Shown in pieces: positions 33,174-43,093 of a stretch of 64,000 nucleotides of DNA; position 1 is the first letter of the stretch; each line of letters opens with the position of its first letter. This stretch comes from an uncultured bacterium (GTDB lineage Bacteria > Babelota > Babeliae > Babelales > Babelaceae). Where the stretch lies: positions 32,001-96,000 of the forward strand of contig CAWKFG010000001.1 of the NCBI GenBank assembly GCA_963848965.1. The letters are read 5' to 3'. Under the pieces are notes generated by a model. It was not told the DNA's origin and made no database searches. It saw only the letters and a list, made by a program, of their open reading frames with translations. The position numbers and the translations under genes were made by a program.

Positions 33174-33437
33174 ATGGCAGAAACAGCAAAAAGTAAAATT
33201 ATAGCAGAGTTTAAAAAGAATGAAGGTGATACTGGCTCAGCAGAAGTGCAAATAGCGCTGCTTACAGATCGTATTCGTCAGCTCACAAAGCATTTTGGAA
33301 GTAATCCTAAGGATTTCGGCTCTAAGCGTGGTCTTCTTATATTAGTTGGACGTCGGCGCCGTTTTTTGAGATACTTAGAAGAACATAATCCAACAAAATA
33401 TAAAGAGCTTCTACAACGTTTAGAGTTACGTAAGTGA
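33174..33437 (+). CDS. rpsO: 30S ribosomal protein S15
   Basis: DTGSAEVQIALLT, KRGLLILVGRRRRFLRYL. Confidence 0.98.
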   Translation: MAETAKSKIIAEFKKNEGDTGSAEVQIALLTDRIRQLTKHFGSNPKDFGSKRGLLILVGRRRRFLRYLEEHNPTKYKELLQRLELRK

Positions 33438-33457
33438 AGTAACATAGGTTTGCATGT

Positions 33458-35536
33458 ATGGAAAGTAATTTTTTTCTACCCGATTTTAAGTATGAAGTAG
33501 TGCTTGGCAAATTTGCTCAACAGGCAGATGGGGCTGTATGGTTACAGCAGGCAGGAACTGTTGTTTTGGCAACTGTTGTATCTTCTCCTTCATCAGAATT
33601 TCCAGGATTTTTGCCGCTTACTATTGATTATCGGGAGCAGTTTGCTGCGGCAGGCAAGATTCCAGGGGGTTATTACAAAAGAGAAGGTAAATCGAGTGAT
33701 AAAGAGGTTTTAGTAGGACGTCTAATAGATAGAGCAGTACGTCCTCTTTTTCCTGTAAAGTTTTTTGATCAGATTCAGATTATTACTACTGTTTATTCTG
33801 TAGATAAAGAGCATACACCCTATACTTTAGCGCTTATAGCAAGCTCTTTAGCGTTGACAATTTCTAAAATTCCATTTTTAGGGCCGGTAGGATGTGTTGA
33901 AATTGGGCGTATTAACGGACAATGGATAGTGAATCCTACATACTCGCAGAGTTTGGTATCTGATGTAAAAATTACTGTAGCAGGTACTACAGAAGGTATC
34001 TGTATGGTTGAAGGAAATTCAAATCAGATCTCTGAGACTGAGCTTATTGATGCTCTCTTTTTGGCACATGATACTATTAAAAAGCAGGTTGCATGGCAAA
34101 AAGAGATTCAAGCGCAAGTTGGAGTACCTAAAGAAGAGATAGTTGATCAATTTAATTGGGATGAATGGCGTAAAAAAGCAGAAGACTATTTAACTCCTGA
34201 GGCAGTGAGTACGTTATACCACGTGAATAAAATTGATCGTGGTGAAGCTATGTCAGCTCTTAAACAAGGGTTCTTTGATCTTCATGCACAGCAAGCAGAA
34301 GAAGCAGCAGTTTCAAAGACATTCTTAGAATATGTTTTTGATGAAGTGCTTGAAGTAGCTCTTACTGAATATACCTTTAAAACAAGTAAGCGTATTGATC
34401 TTCGGCCGTTCGATCAAGTACGCCCTATTAAGACTGAGGTAGGGTTATTACCATTCAATCACGGTTCTGCGCTTTTTCAGCGTGGTCAAACACAAGCACT
34501 TGTGAGTGTAACGTTGGGTGGCGGACAAGATGAGCAACGTATTGAAGATATTATGGGTAATACTGTAGAAACTTCTTTTATGTTGCATTACAATTTTCCT
34601 CCTTTTTCTGTAGGGGAAGTACGCCCTATGCGTGGTCCAGGAAGGCGTGAGATTGGTCATGGCCATTTAGCAGGAGCTGCAATAAGGCAGGTACTGCCAA
34701 CAAAAGAAAGCTTTCCTTATACTATCCGTATTGTTGCTGATATGTTAGGATCTGATGGTTCTACATCTATGGCAACGGTATGTGGATCTACTATGGCTCT
34801 TATGAATGCAGGCGTTCCTATTACCAGTATGGTAAGTGGAGTCGCTATGGGGCTCTTACAAAATAAAGAGGGTAAATTCCAGGTTCTTACTGACATAGCA
34901 GGGGTAGAAGACGCTTTTGGCCTTATGGACTTTAAGGTAGCAGGAACTGATAAAGGGGTTACTGCTATACAAATGGACATTAAGCATAAGGGCGGATTAG
35001 GACGATCAGTTTTTGAAATGGCATTAGAGCAAGCGCATAAAGGACGTATCCATATTCTTAATGAGATGCGTAAGGTTATGAGTGCTCCTAATCCAAAGCT
35101 TTCAGAATTGGTCCCTCAAATTGTGACGTTAAAGATTCCGACGGATAAAATTGGTGGTGTTATTGGTTCAGGTGGTAAGACTATTAGAGAGATCATTGAG
35201 AAAACAGGAACAACTATTGATATTGAAAATGATGGTCTTGTAAAAATCTTTGGTCATCCTGGTCCTAAACTTGATCTGGCAGTTGCTTTAGTCAAAGCGC
35301 TTTCAGGTCAAATCGAGAAGGGTACAGTATATGCAGGTAAGGTAAAGCGCCTTGCAGATTTTGGCATCTTTGTTGAAATTGCGCCAGGTCTTGATGGCCT
35401 TGTGCATGTATCAGGTATGTCGAAGGAAAGGCGAGATAATTTCTCAAAGACAATGAATGTAGATCAGCCGGTAACAGTTGAAGTAGTAGATTACGATGAC
35501 AATACTGGTCGTATTCGGTTAAAATTAATAGAATAG
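33458..35536 (+). CDS. pnp: Polyribonucleotide nucleotidyltransferase (PNPase)
   Basis: FLPLTIDYRE, RREIGHG, GSTSMATVCG, MDFKVAGT, KH (VIGSGGKTI) and S1 domains. Confidence 0.98.
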   Translation: MESNFFLPDFKYEVVLGKFAQQADGAVWLQQAGTVVLATVVSSPSSEFPGFLPLTIDYREQFAAAGKIPGGYYKREGKSSDKEVLVGRLIDRAVRPLFPVKFFDQIQIITTVYSVDKEHTPYTLALIASSLALTISKIPFLGPVGCVEIGRINGQWIVNPTYSQSLVSDVKITVAGTTEGICMVEGNSNQISETELIDALFLAHDTIKKQVAWQKEIQAQVGVPKEEIVDQFNWDEWRKKAEDYLTPEAVSTLYHVNKIDRGEAMSALKQGFFDLHAQQAEEAAVSKTFLEYVFDEVLEVALTEYTFKTSKRIDLRPFDQVRPIKTEVGLLPFNHGSALFQRGQTQALVSVTLGGGQDEQRIEDIMGNTVETSFMLHYNFPPFSVGEVRPMRGPGRREIGHGHLAGAAIRQVLPTKESFPYTIRIVADMLGSDGSTSMATVCGSTMALMNAGVPITSMVSGVAMGLLQNKEGKFQVLTDIAGVEDAFGLMDFKVAGTDKGVTAIQMDIKHKGGLGRSVFEMALEQAHKGRIHILNEMRKVMSAPNPKLSELVPQIVTLKIPTDKIGGVIGSGGKTIREIIEKTGTTIDIENDGLVKIFGHPGPKLDLAVALVKALSGQIEKGTVYAGKVKRLADFGIFVEIAPGLDGLVHVSGMSKERRDNFSKTMNVDQPVTVEVVDYDDNTGRIRLKLIE

Positions 35537-35541
35537 GTACT

Positions 35542-36342
35542 ATGGCTAGTAAATTTATTCGAACAGCACAGCGATCACATGATCAGCTGCGCTCTTTACG
35601 TGTAACATATGATGTCTTTAATTATGCAGCGGGTTCTACGCTTTTTGAGATGGGCAATACAAAAGTGCTCTGCTCTGTAACGCTGCAGCAAGGAGTTCCT
35701 CACTTTTTACGTGGTAAAAAGAGTGGATGGTTAACAGCAGAGTATTCTTTGCTGCCAGCTTCAACTCCTATCAGAACGGTGCGAGAGATTACTGCAAATA
35801 AGCGTAGTGGTCGTACTATTGAGATTTCTCGTCTCATTGGTCGTGCATTACGTTCTGTGGTAAATCTTGATGTACTTGGTGAGCAGACAATTTTTATAGA
35901 TTGTGATGTATTGCAAGCAGATGGTGGAACACGAACTGCGTGTATTACAGGAGCTTACTTAGCGCTTAAGGCAGCAGAAGTGACATGGTTGCAAAAGGGG
36001 TATATAGATTGTGCTCTATTGGCAGATGAACTTGGTGCTGTTTCAGTAGGTTTTGCTCAAGATACGCCACTGTTGGACTTAGACTTTGTAGAAGATAGTG
36101 CTACAGAAGCAGATTTTAACTTTGTGCTTACCAGGTCAGGCAAGGTTATTGAAATACAAGGATCTGCAGAGCGGTATCCACTTACTTGGGAGCAATATGA
36201 TAGAATGAAATCATTGGCTCTTAAAGGAGTACAGGATCTTTTTGGATTCTACGATCGTTCAATATACAATTACTCAGGAGCTGATGAGCGTATGCATAGT
36301 GCTCATGCAGAGAAGCCTCTTTATCATTCTGCATACGAATAA
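35542..36342 (+). CDS. rph: Ribonuclease PH
   Basis: GWLTAEYSLLP, GRTIEISRLIGRALR, DVLQADGGTRTACITG, IEIQG. Confidence 0.97.
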   Translation: MASKFIRTAQRSHDQLRSLRVTYDVFNYAAGSTLFEMGNTKVLCSVTLQQGVPHFLRGKKSGWLTAEYSLLPASTPIRTVREITANKRSGRTIEISRLIGRALRSVVNLDVLGEQTIFIDCDVLQADGGTRTACITGAYLALKAAEVTWLQKGYIDCALLADELGAVSVGFAQDTPLLDLDFVEDSATEADFNFVLTRSGKVIEIQGSAERYPLTWEQYDRMKSLALKGVQDLFGFYDRSIYNYSGADERMHSAHAEKPLYHSAYE

Positions 36343-36354
36343 ATATCCACTTTT

Positions 36355-36400
36355 TTCTTAAAAATAACGATCCCTGCCATCTGGCGGGGATTTTTTATGC
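36355..36400 (+). terminator. Intrinsic terminator after rph; copy 1 of a 46-bp repeat
   Basis: ATCCCTGCCA-TC-TGGCGGGGAT followed by a T-run; 38/46 identical to 38267-38312. Confidence 0.85.
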
Positions 36401-36556
36401 TCTCAGTTGCTTGAGTTTCTCATAAATGTTCTATAGAATTTATCAGAGAGTAATGCTATGTATTGAATGAGCAAAAGAGAGGAGGTAATAGAGAGAAAGT
36501 CAAAGTGATAGTGTAGGTGTGGTATTGGAGGTAAAATGATAACTACAGGAGTTTTA

Positions 36557-38209
36557 ATGAAAAAAATAGTAAGTACTAGTGTACTGAGTATACTAGTAAG
36601 CATGTCAGCAGTATGTTTTGGAGCACCTGGTGATTTGGATACAACATTTGGTACTGGTGGAAGAGTTGTTACTCCTTTTGGTGGAGCAAATGCCCGAGCT
36701 TTTGCAGTAGCATTGCAGTTTATAAATAATCAAGTTAAAATAGTAGCGGCAGGATTTTCAGGAGATAACTTTGCTCTTGCACGATATCTGTCTGACGGGC
36801 GTTTGGATAATAGCACAAATAACCCAGTTAATCCATTTAGAAGTAATGGAAGATTTACTACTGATTTAGGCGGTAATGATCAAGCAAGAGCACTATTAAT
36901 ACAGCCTGATAATAAAATAGTAGCAGTCGGTTTTAGCGTTCAAGGTGGCAGAGGAAGATTCGCGCTTGTACGATATTTTCCTAACGGAAATGTAGATGGG
37001 TCATTCGGTAATAATGGAAGAGTTATTACTGACTTTCCTGGATTGGATGCGCGTGCTTTTGGAGCAGATTTCCGTGATGGTAAAATAGTAGTAGCAGGTG
37101 TTGCAGGAAATAGTTTTGCTCTTGCACGATATAATGATGATGGAACTTTAGATACATCGTTTAACCCTGGCGGTCAAAATTCGGCACGGCCTGGTACAGT
37201 TATTACTGATTTTGGAGTTGTTTCACAAGCAAATGCAGTAGCAATACAGTCAGATGGTAGAATAGTAGCAGCAGGTTTTGCAGGAAATAGTTTTGCTCTT
37301 GCACGGTATAATGATGATGGAACTTTAGATAACTCATTTAGCGGTGATGGAAGAGTTATTACTCCTATAGGAAGCGTTTCACAAGCAAATGCAATAGCAC
37401 TAACTGCTGATGGAATTCTTGTTGCAGGATTTTCAGGAAGTAATTTTGCTCTTGCGCGATATAATGATAATGGAAGTTTAGATAACTCATTTGGTGGTGA
37501 TGGAAGAGTTACTACTAATATTGGTGGTAATGAGCAAGCAAATGCAGTAGTAGTACAGTCAGATGGTAGAATTGTTGCTGCAGGGTTCTCTAATAGAAAT
37601 GGGACTAACGATTTTGCTCTTGTACGGTATCTATCTAATGGACGTTTGGATACTTCATTTAATCCTACAGGTCAAGGCGCGCGGCCTGGGATAGTCCTTA
37701 CGAATTTTGGTGGTAATAGTGATCGAGTACAAGCACTAACACTACTGCCTGATGGGATAGTCGCTGCTGGCTTTAGTGCTCTTACTTCAAATGGTAGAGG
37801 AAGATTTGCTCTTGCTCGTTATCTTATTGATGGAGCTGCTGCTTCTGTTGCTATTACTTCTTCAACACCGCCTAATGGTAGTACAATTTCAGGAAATACT
37901 GCGAGTTTTGAAGGAACGGCCACTGCTCACACTACTGTAACTGTTTTTGATAGTACAGATAGCGGTAATTTTACTGCATTGGGTACGGTAGAAGTTAATG
38001 AGAATAAGCAATGGAGATTCACGACGGGAAACCTTTCTCTTGGTAGAAATACTTTTGTAGCTGCTGAGACTAATAGTCAAGGACAAATAATTAGTAGTTT
38101 ATCAAATCCTGTTACTATTACTGTTGTAGAAAGAGCTCCTTGTGATAGTGCTTGGATTCAAGCTATCTTTAATAAACATTGTCGAAACTGTGAAGTTGCT
38201 ACTTCATAG
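36557..38209 (+). CDS. Secreted delta-60 repeat (beta-propeller) protein with C-terminal Ig-like domain
   Basis: Signal peptide (start MKKIV after AGGAG); ~7 repeats of A.AVAIQ.DG.IVAAG...FALARY..DG.LD.SF...G.V.T; Ig-like GTATAHTTVTVFD...W.FT..LS.G. Confidence 0.92.
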   Translation: MKKIVSTSVLSILVSMSAVCFGAPGDLDTTFGTGGRVVTPFGGANARAFAVALQFINNQVKIVAAGFSGDNFALARYLSDGRLDNSTNNPVNPFRSNGRFTTDLGGNDQARALLIQPDNKIVAVGFSVQGGRGRFALVRYFPNGNVDGSFGNNGRVITDFPGLDARAFGADFRDGKIVVAGVAGNSFALARYNDDGTLDTSFNPGGQNSARPGTVITDFGVVSQANAVAIQSDGRIVAAGFAGNSFALARYNDDGTLDNSFSGDGRVITPIGSVSQANAIALTADGILVAGFSGSNFALARYNDNGSLDNSFGGDGRVTTNIGGNEQANAVVVQSDGRIVAAGFSNRNGTNDFALVRYLSNGRLDTSFNPTGQGARPGIVLTNFGGNSDRVQALTLLPDGIVAAGFSALTSNGRGRFALARYLIDGAAASVAITSSTPPNGSTISGNTASFEGTATAHTTVTVFDSTDSGNFTALGTVEVNENKQWRFTTGNLSLGRNTFVAAETNSQGQIISSLSNPVTITVVERAPCDSAWIQAIFNKHCRNCEVATS

Positions 38210-38266
38210 AGTGCTTTAGAAGCTGTACAGAGAGAAAGTAACATACCTACAGGTAATTTTTACTTC

Positions 38267-38312
38267 TTCTTAAAAGCAATGATCCCTACCATATGGTAGG
38301 GATTTTTTTTGC
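38267..38312 (+). terminator. Intrinsic terminator; copy 2 of the 46-bp repeat
   Basis: ATCCCTACCA-TA-TGGTAGGGAT followed by a T-run. Confidence 0.85.
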
Positions 38313-38346
38313 CATGAGAATTGTTGATTTGTTTGTGGAGGCATAG

Positions 38347-39363
38347 TATCTTGAAACTTCAGGTAACTTTAGTATTCAAACTTCTGCATTAAGTAGTGGA
38401 AATCATACGATTCAAGCAGCATCTGCATCTGCACCTACATGTAGATCTGCTGGGTTGATAGTAACAGTTCCTCAAAAGCCTGCAGCTCCTACAATTACGA
38501 GTGTAACATCCGATTGTGCAGGACGAGTAACGGTACGAGGTACAGCACAACCAAGTTCTACGGTACAAGTATTTGTAGATGGGTCAACAACTCCAGCTGC
38601 TACCTCAAACGGTAACTTTGTTCTTACTACAGGACCGTTATCACCAGGTACAGACACTATTAGAGTGATTGCTACTGTTGCTGGCTGTCAGAGTGATCCG
38701 GCAACAAGAACTATAACCATAGCAGCATCTTATATACTCCCTACACCAACGCTTAACCAAGTTGTAGTTCAAAGTGGGCAACAAAGAGTAAGAGCTATTG
38801 GTCAGGCGTCAAGAAACGCTCTTGTAATAGTATTTGCAAATGGTGTCAGAATAGGGTGTGGTAGATCAAATGCGGGAGATGGTAGCTTTAATATTCAATC
38901 AAGCCCTCTTGCTCCAGGGACATATACCATAACAGTAGCACAAGCTACCGGTAATAACTGTAACAATGTAACATGTATAGGTAATCAATCAAATGGTATA
39001 CAAGTAACTATAGGTGGATCATCATTTGCTTTATTGTCAGCTCAAGTACAATCAGATGATACAGTGCTTTTAGAGGGAATAGCTGTTGCAAATTCAAGCC
39101 TTGCAGCACTTGTTGATGGACAACACAATGGTAATGGTAGTACTGCTAATGAGATTGGTAGTTTTAGCTTTATTACAGCTAAATTAGCTCATGGTACTCA
39201 TGTTGTACAAGTAGCTGAGACAAGCACACAATCACCAAGATCAACAAGAATATCAAATGCTCTTACTGTTGTTATAGGTGCACAAAATAATTGTACTAAT
39301 AACGGCTGGATTAAAGCTATTTTCGATAAATATTGTAATCTGTGTAGTGTGACAAATACTTAG
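38347..39363 (+). pseudogene. 5'-truncated bacterial Ig-like repeat surface protein
   Basis: Frame is open from 38347 in the middle of an Ig domain (SGNFSIQTSALSSGNHTIQA) with no ATG/RBS or signal peptide; three further Ig-like repeats and a C-terminal WIKAIFDKYC motif. Confidence 0.7.
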
Positions 39364-39376
39364 TTCATTTGAATCT

Positions 39377-39408
39377 TAAGAGGCGTAGTGAAAACACTAC
39401 GCCTCTTA
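39377..39408. terminator. Bidirectional terminator hairpin
   Basis: TAAGAGGCGTAGTG-AAAA-CACTACGCCTCTTA, 14-bp perfect stem between convergent genes. Confidence 0.8.
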
Positions 39409-39432
39409 GTATTTTTCTAGAGAAGCCTGATG

Positions 39433-41208
39433 TTATTCTGTAGTTGTTTTTTCTGAAAGAGCTTGTGTGTTTTTTAAAAGTTTAGCAATTTCAGGAAGAT
39501 TAAGCTCATATGCTAAGTCAAGAGCTGTTTTTCCGAGGGTATTTTGAGCAGTCTTATCTGCTCCTAATGCAAGGAGTTCTTGTATGTACTTTGTATACCT
39601 GTGCATTACTGCCAGCATTAAAGGGGTTGTCCCTTTATCGTCACAAGGGGTATTAAGAGCATGTTGTAACGTAATAGTGTCGATTAAGAATTTTTTGGCA
39701 CAAACAGCTTTGTGAGATTTCCACTCTTTTTTTTGACACTCAGAAGAGCAATACTTGAATATATGGCACCGATCACATAATAAAAGTGGTTGAGAAGTAG
39801 CTTTACAATGAGCACATGCGTTAAAGTCTAGAGTTGGTTGAACTCGCTTTAAATCTTCTATTAGAGAACCATAGTGCGTGTCTTTAAATGCGTTTTTTTT
39901 GTCCATAAAGGTTAGATACCCATTTCTGATGACGCTACTAAATATAGCTTTCTCTTGAGTATGAGGTATATTTACCCGCGCGCCTTGTTCAAGAAGTAGT
40001 GCAATAAGGTCTTGAGGAATTTTTTTAGAGAGTGCATGGAATAGAGCAGTATGACCATTGTTGTCATGCTCATTAATATCGGCCTTACAGCTTGCCATAA
40101 GATTTAAGATCGGTATAAGTATGTCAAGACTATTAGCACAGATAGCCATCATTAAAGGTGTCTTTCCATTATCGTCATGTGCTTCTGTAATAAAGGGAAA
40201 ATGTAAGAGCAGCTCTTTTTTATTTCCTTTTATTAGATTACGAGTAAGAGCAAGCTTAAAGGCAGAGGATTTTTGTAGCTTGAAGAAAAAAAGTCCGAAT
40301 GTGTAGATATCAAAGGGCGCACCATGTTCTACAAGAGTACAGATAGTTTCTTCATCTTCATAAGGAACAGCAAAATTTAAGAGCAATCCATGCTTAGGAT
40401 AGTTGGCTGTAACGTTGGCTCCTGCTTCAACGAGTGCAGTTACTACTTTGCTATATTTACCTTGTATAGCAAGATGAAGTGCAGTGTATCCTTCCTTATT
40501 TACTGCATTAATATTTTCTTTAGATGCCTTAAGAATCATTTGTACTATCTCAAGATGCCCTTGAGCAGATGCTATAATAAGTGGCGTATTACCAAGTATA
40601 TTGTAGGTTAAAGGAGTAGCGCCTTTTTCAAGTAATTCCTTAACAATTGTGATATATCCTCCATGTGAGGCATGAGATAAACATGTTTCTCCGCCATGCA
40701 AAGAAGTAGTAACATTCGCTCCTAAAGAGAGGAGTAATTGTACTATTTTTAAAAAACCCTTTTGTACGGCTATAGTTAAAGCATTATCTCTTTGAGTACA
40801 TGCTTTTTGATTTTTGAAGTTGAAGTATTTAAGTACGAGACGTACAAGTGCTTCATTGCCACGTGTTACTGCATAAATAAGAGCAGAGCCATTATCTCGA
40901 GTTTCTTCATAAACAGGTGCCTTTGCTTCTAATAGAATACGAACAACTTCTATTTTTTGATTATCAATAGCCATTATTAGAGGAGTCATACCATTCTGAG
41001 GAGACTTTGTATTTATATCTGCTCCAGCATGTAAGAGCGCTTTAACTGTTGCAACTTCTCCATTACATGCTGCTATAAGAAGTTGCAAATTTTTTGCTTC
41101 TTGCACGGAAAGTGGCCGTATGGAATGATTTTTTTCCTTTTGCATACCATATGTTATAGAAAAGAAGGAAAGAAATAGAAGTGAATAGATACAGAGATAG
41201 TTATTCAT
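39433..41208 (-). CDS. Secreted ankyrin-repeat protein with MYND zinc finger
   Basis: Start re-assigned to MNNYL (41208); signal peptide; ~10 ankyrin repeats; CAHC...CDRC...YCSSECQKKEWKSHKAVC. Confidence 0.93.
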   Translation of the reverse strand: MNNYLCIYSLLFLSFFSITYGMQKEKNHSIRPLSVQEAKNLQLLIAACNGEVATVKALLHAGADINTKSPQNGMTPLIMAIDNQKIEVVRILLEAKAPVYEETRDNGSALIYAVTRGNEALVRLVLKYFNFKNQKACTQRDNALTIAVQKGFLKIVQLLLSLGANVTTSLHGGETCLSHASHGGYITIVKELLEKGATPLTYNILGNTPLIIASAQGHLEIVQMILKASKENINAVNKEGYTALHLAIQGKYSKVVTALVEAGANVTANYPKHGLLLNFAVPYEDEETICTLVEHGAPFDIYTFGLFFFKLQKSSAFKLALTRNLIKGNKKELLLHFPFITEAHDDNGKTPLMMAICANSLDILIPILNLMASCKADINEHDNNGHTALFHALSKKIPQDLIALLLEQGARVNIPHTQEKAIFSSVIRNGYLTFMDKKNAFKDTHYGSLIEDLKRVQPTLDFNACAHCKATSQPLLLCDRCHIFKYCSSECQKKEWKSHKAVCAKKFLIDTITLQHALNTPCDDKGTTPLMLAVMHRYTKYIQELLALGADKTAQNTLGKTALDLAYELNLPEIAKLLKNTQALSEKTTTE

Positions 41209-41368
41209 AAAAAGTCCTAGGTAAAAATACAAGAAGAAGTCTATTATTTTATTTATAATAAGCATAAATATGAGTAAAAAATTGTCAAGGATCCTCTCTT
41301 TCTTGGCGTTCTTTATAATTCTACGTATACTATAAGAGATAGTAAAAACTTTTTAGAGTAGAAACACA

Positions 41369-42295
41369 ATGCATGCTCTTGATTTTATGAAATCACTTAG
41401 TGCTTCTGGCAATCCAAGTCCAGGCCCACTTACGTTTCATAGCTCTCAATTTTCTCCGTTATTTCTTTTTTGTTTTCAGTCGTATATACGGTCTTTTTTG
41501 TCGCTTACGATACTGGATGTCTATAACCAGCCTTTTGAAAGCTTAAAGGGGTTATGTGAAACAAGCTTTTTGGGAATGCAAGCATTTTATTGGTTTAAGG
41601 ATTTTCATCTTCTTGATGCACATTCAAAACGTAAGTGGTTGGAATACCTTAAACAGTATAAAGGGCCTCATACTATTTTTCTTTTTGATACAGGCAATCC
41701 AGTATTAGAAACGTTGTATACACTTCCTGAATTTGTTTCTAAAGATCTTTATAAAGAGCTCTGTATGTTCTTTTTTCCCGAGATACCTCTTGAGAAAGAG
41801 TTTCTCTTAAAACTTTTTGAAAAGAAAGAAAAATTGAGTCTTGAAGAGGCTATTATTGTAATGAATTATCAAATGGCAGTGGGCAAAAAAGTCGATGCAT
41901 TTTTTCATGACTGGTTTTCTAAGATTTTTGTACCAGAACATTCTCTTTTTACGTTAAGTCAACATCTGTTTGCGCAGCAATCAAAAGACTTTTTTTCTTT
42001 GTGGTCTCACTGTTCATCGGAGTATCCGCTTGAATTCTGGACTGCCTACTGGTCTGAACAAGTATGGCAAGGAGCTTTATTTGTGTTACGAGTTCAACAA
42101 GAGGGTATTGTAGTAGCAAAAAAGTATGCTCAACGATTGCCCTTTTCTTTTATAAATAAAGACTGGAAAAAGCATACGTATAAAAAGCTTGTTGATGCAC
42201 ATCATGCTCTTTATATGCTTGACCATACGGTAAAAAATGGAGGAGCGGACTACGGACTTGAAGTTTGGTACTACACGTTTTTGAAAAATACCTAA
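41369..42295 (+). CDS. Conserved hypothetical protein, possibly a divergent DNA polymerase III delta subunit (HolA-like)
   Basis: ~310 aa; ETSFLG after the first Rossmann-like strand, SLFTLSQHLF, C-terminal LYMLDHTVKNGG resemble HolA architecture. Confidence 0.45.
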   Translation: MHALDFMKSLSASGNPSPGPLTFHSSQFSPLFLFCFQSYIRSFLSLTILDVYNQPFESLKGLCETSFLGMQAFYWFKDFHLLDAHSKRKWLEYLKQYKGPHTIFLFDTGNPVLETLYTLPEFVSKDLYKELCMFFFPEIPLEKEFLLKLFEKKEKLSLEEAIIVMNYQMAVGKKVDAFFHDWFSKIFVPEHSLFTLSQHLFAQQSKDFFSLWSHCSSEYPLEFWTAYWSEQVWQGALFVLRVQQEGIVVAKKYAQRLPFSFINKDWKKHTYKKLVDAHHALYMLDHTVKNGGADYGLEVWYYTFLKNT

Positions 42296-42297
42296 TG

Positions 42298-43089
42298 TTA
42301 TTCGAGTTCAAGCCGGGCAAGACCTCTTACTCTACTTCTTTTAAATGCCGCATTAAAAGTCATGAGTGCTAGAGTAAGATAGAGAGCATTGAGTCCATAG
42401 CTTATAAGCAGATAATGTACAGGAACCTGTTGTGTACTTACAAAACTTCTAATTCCTTCAAAAACATACGTCATAGGCAATATTCGTGCTATTATTTGTG
42501 CCCATGGTGGTAATACTTCAAGTGGATAAAATACAGCGCTAAATGGTACAAAGAACCAGCCCATTACCCATACAAGCTTTTGAACACTTTGACCCCAATA
42601 AGCAAGACATGCTGCTGTTAAAAATCCAACAGTCCATCCTGAAAGTATAAGTGATACAAAAAAGGGGATAAGCATCCAGCCAACAGACGGAATAGCAATA
42701 CCATAGAGAAGCCATACAGCAAACATACCAAATGATACAGCTATGCAGGTATTAATAGTTCCTATAAGTAATGCAGATACAGTCCACTCAGAGAGCTTAA
42801 GCGGAGTTGCAAAAAGATTAACAATATTGCGTGCCCATAGTTCTGTAAGAAAGTTAAGAGACACATCTAGGTTTGCTCTATAGGAAGCTTGCCACATGAC
42901 AAGAGCAGTAAGGATTGCAAGTGTTGAATGTGATGTGCTTACTTGTGCAGTTTGAAGCCAATGAGCAGTAAAACCCCACACCATAATATCATAGAAGGGC
43001 CAATAGAAAAAATCTACCAAAGGATCTAGTCCTCGAAATGTAATAAGAAATGTTCGTTCAATAAGTGCTTTTATGCGATAGAATTTCAT
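42298..43089 (-). CDS. ABC-2 type transporter permease
   Basis: About 6 TM segments; LFATPL, FSAVFYPLEVLPPWAQIIARILPMTYVFEGIR. Confidence 0.92.
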   Translation of the reverse strand: MKFYRIKALIERTFLITFRGLDPLVDFFYWPFYDIMVWGFTAHWLQTAQVSTSHSTLAILTALVMWQASYRANLDVSLNFLTELWARNIVNLFATPLKLSEWTVSALLIGTINTCIAVSFGMFAVWLLYGIAIPSVGWMLIPFFVSLILSGWTVGFLTAACLAYWGQSVQKLVWVMGWFFVPFSAVFYPLEVLPPWAQIIARILPMTYVFEGIRSFVSTQQVPVHYLLISYGLNALYLTLALMTFNAAFKRSRVRGLARLELE

Positions 43090-43093
43090 ACTA

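Noticed and set aside
36640..37830. Near-identical ~50-bp DNA repeats suggestive of a CRISPR or tandem array
   Set aside because: They are in-frame delta-60 protein repeats, with no unique spacers and no cas genes
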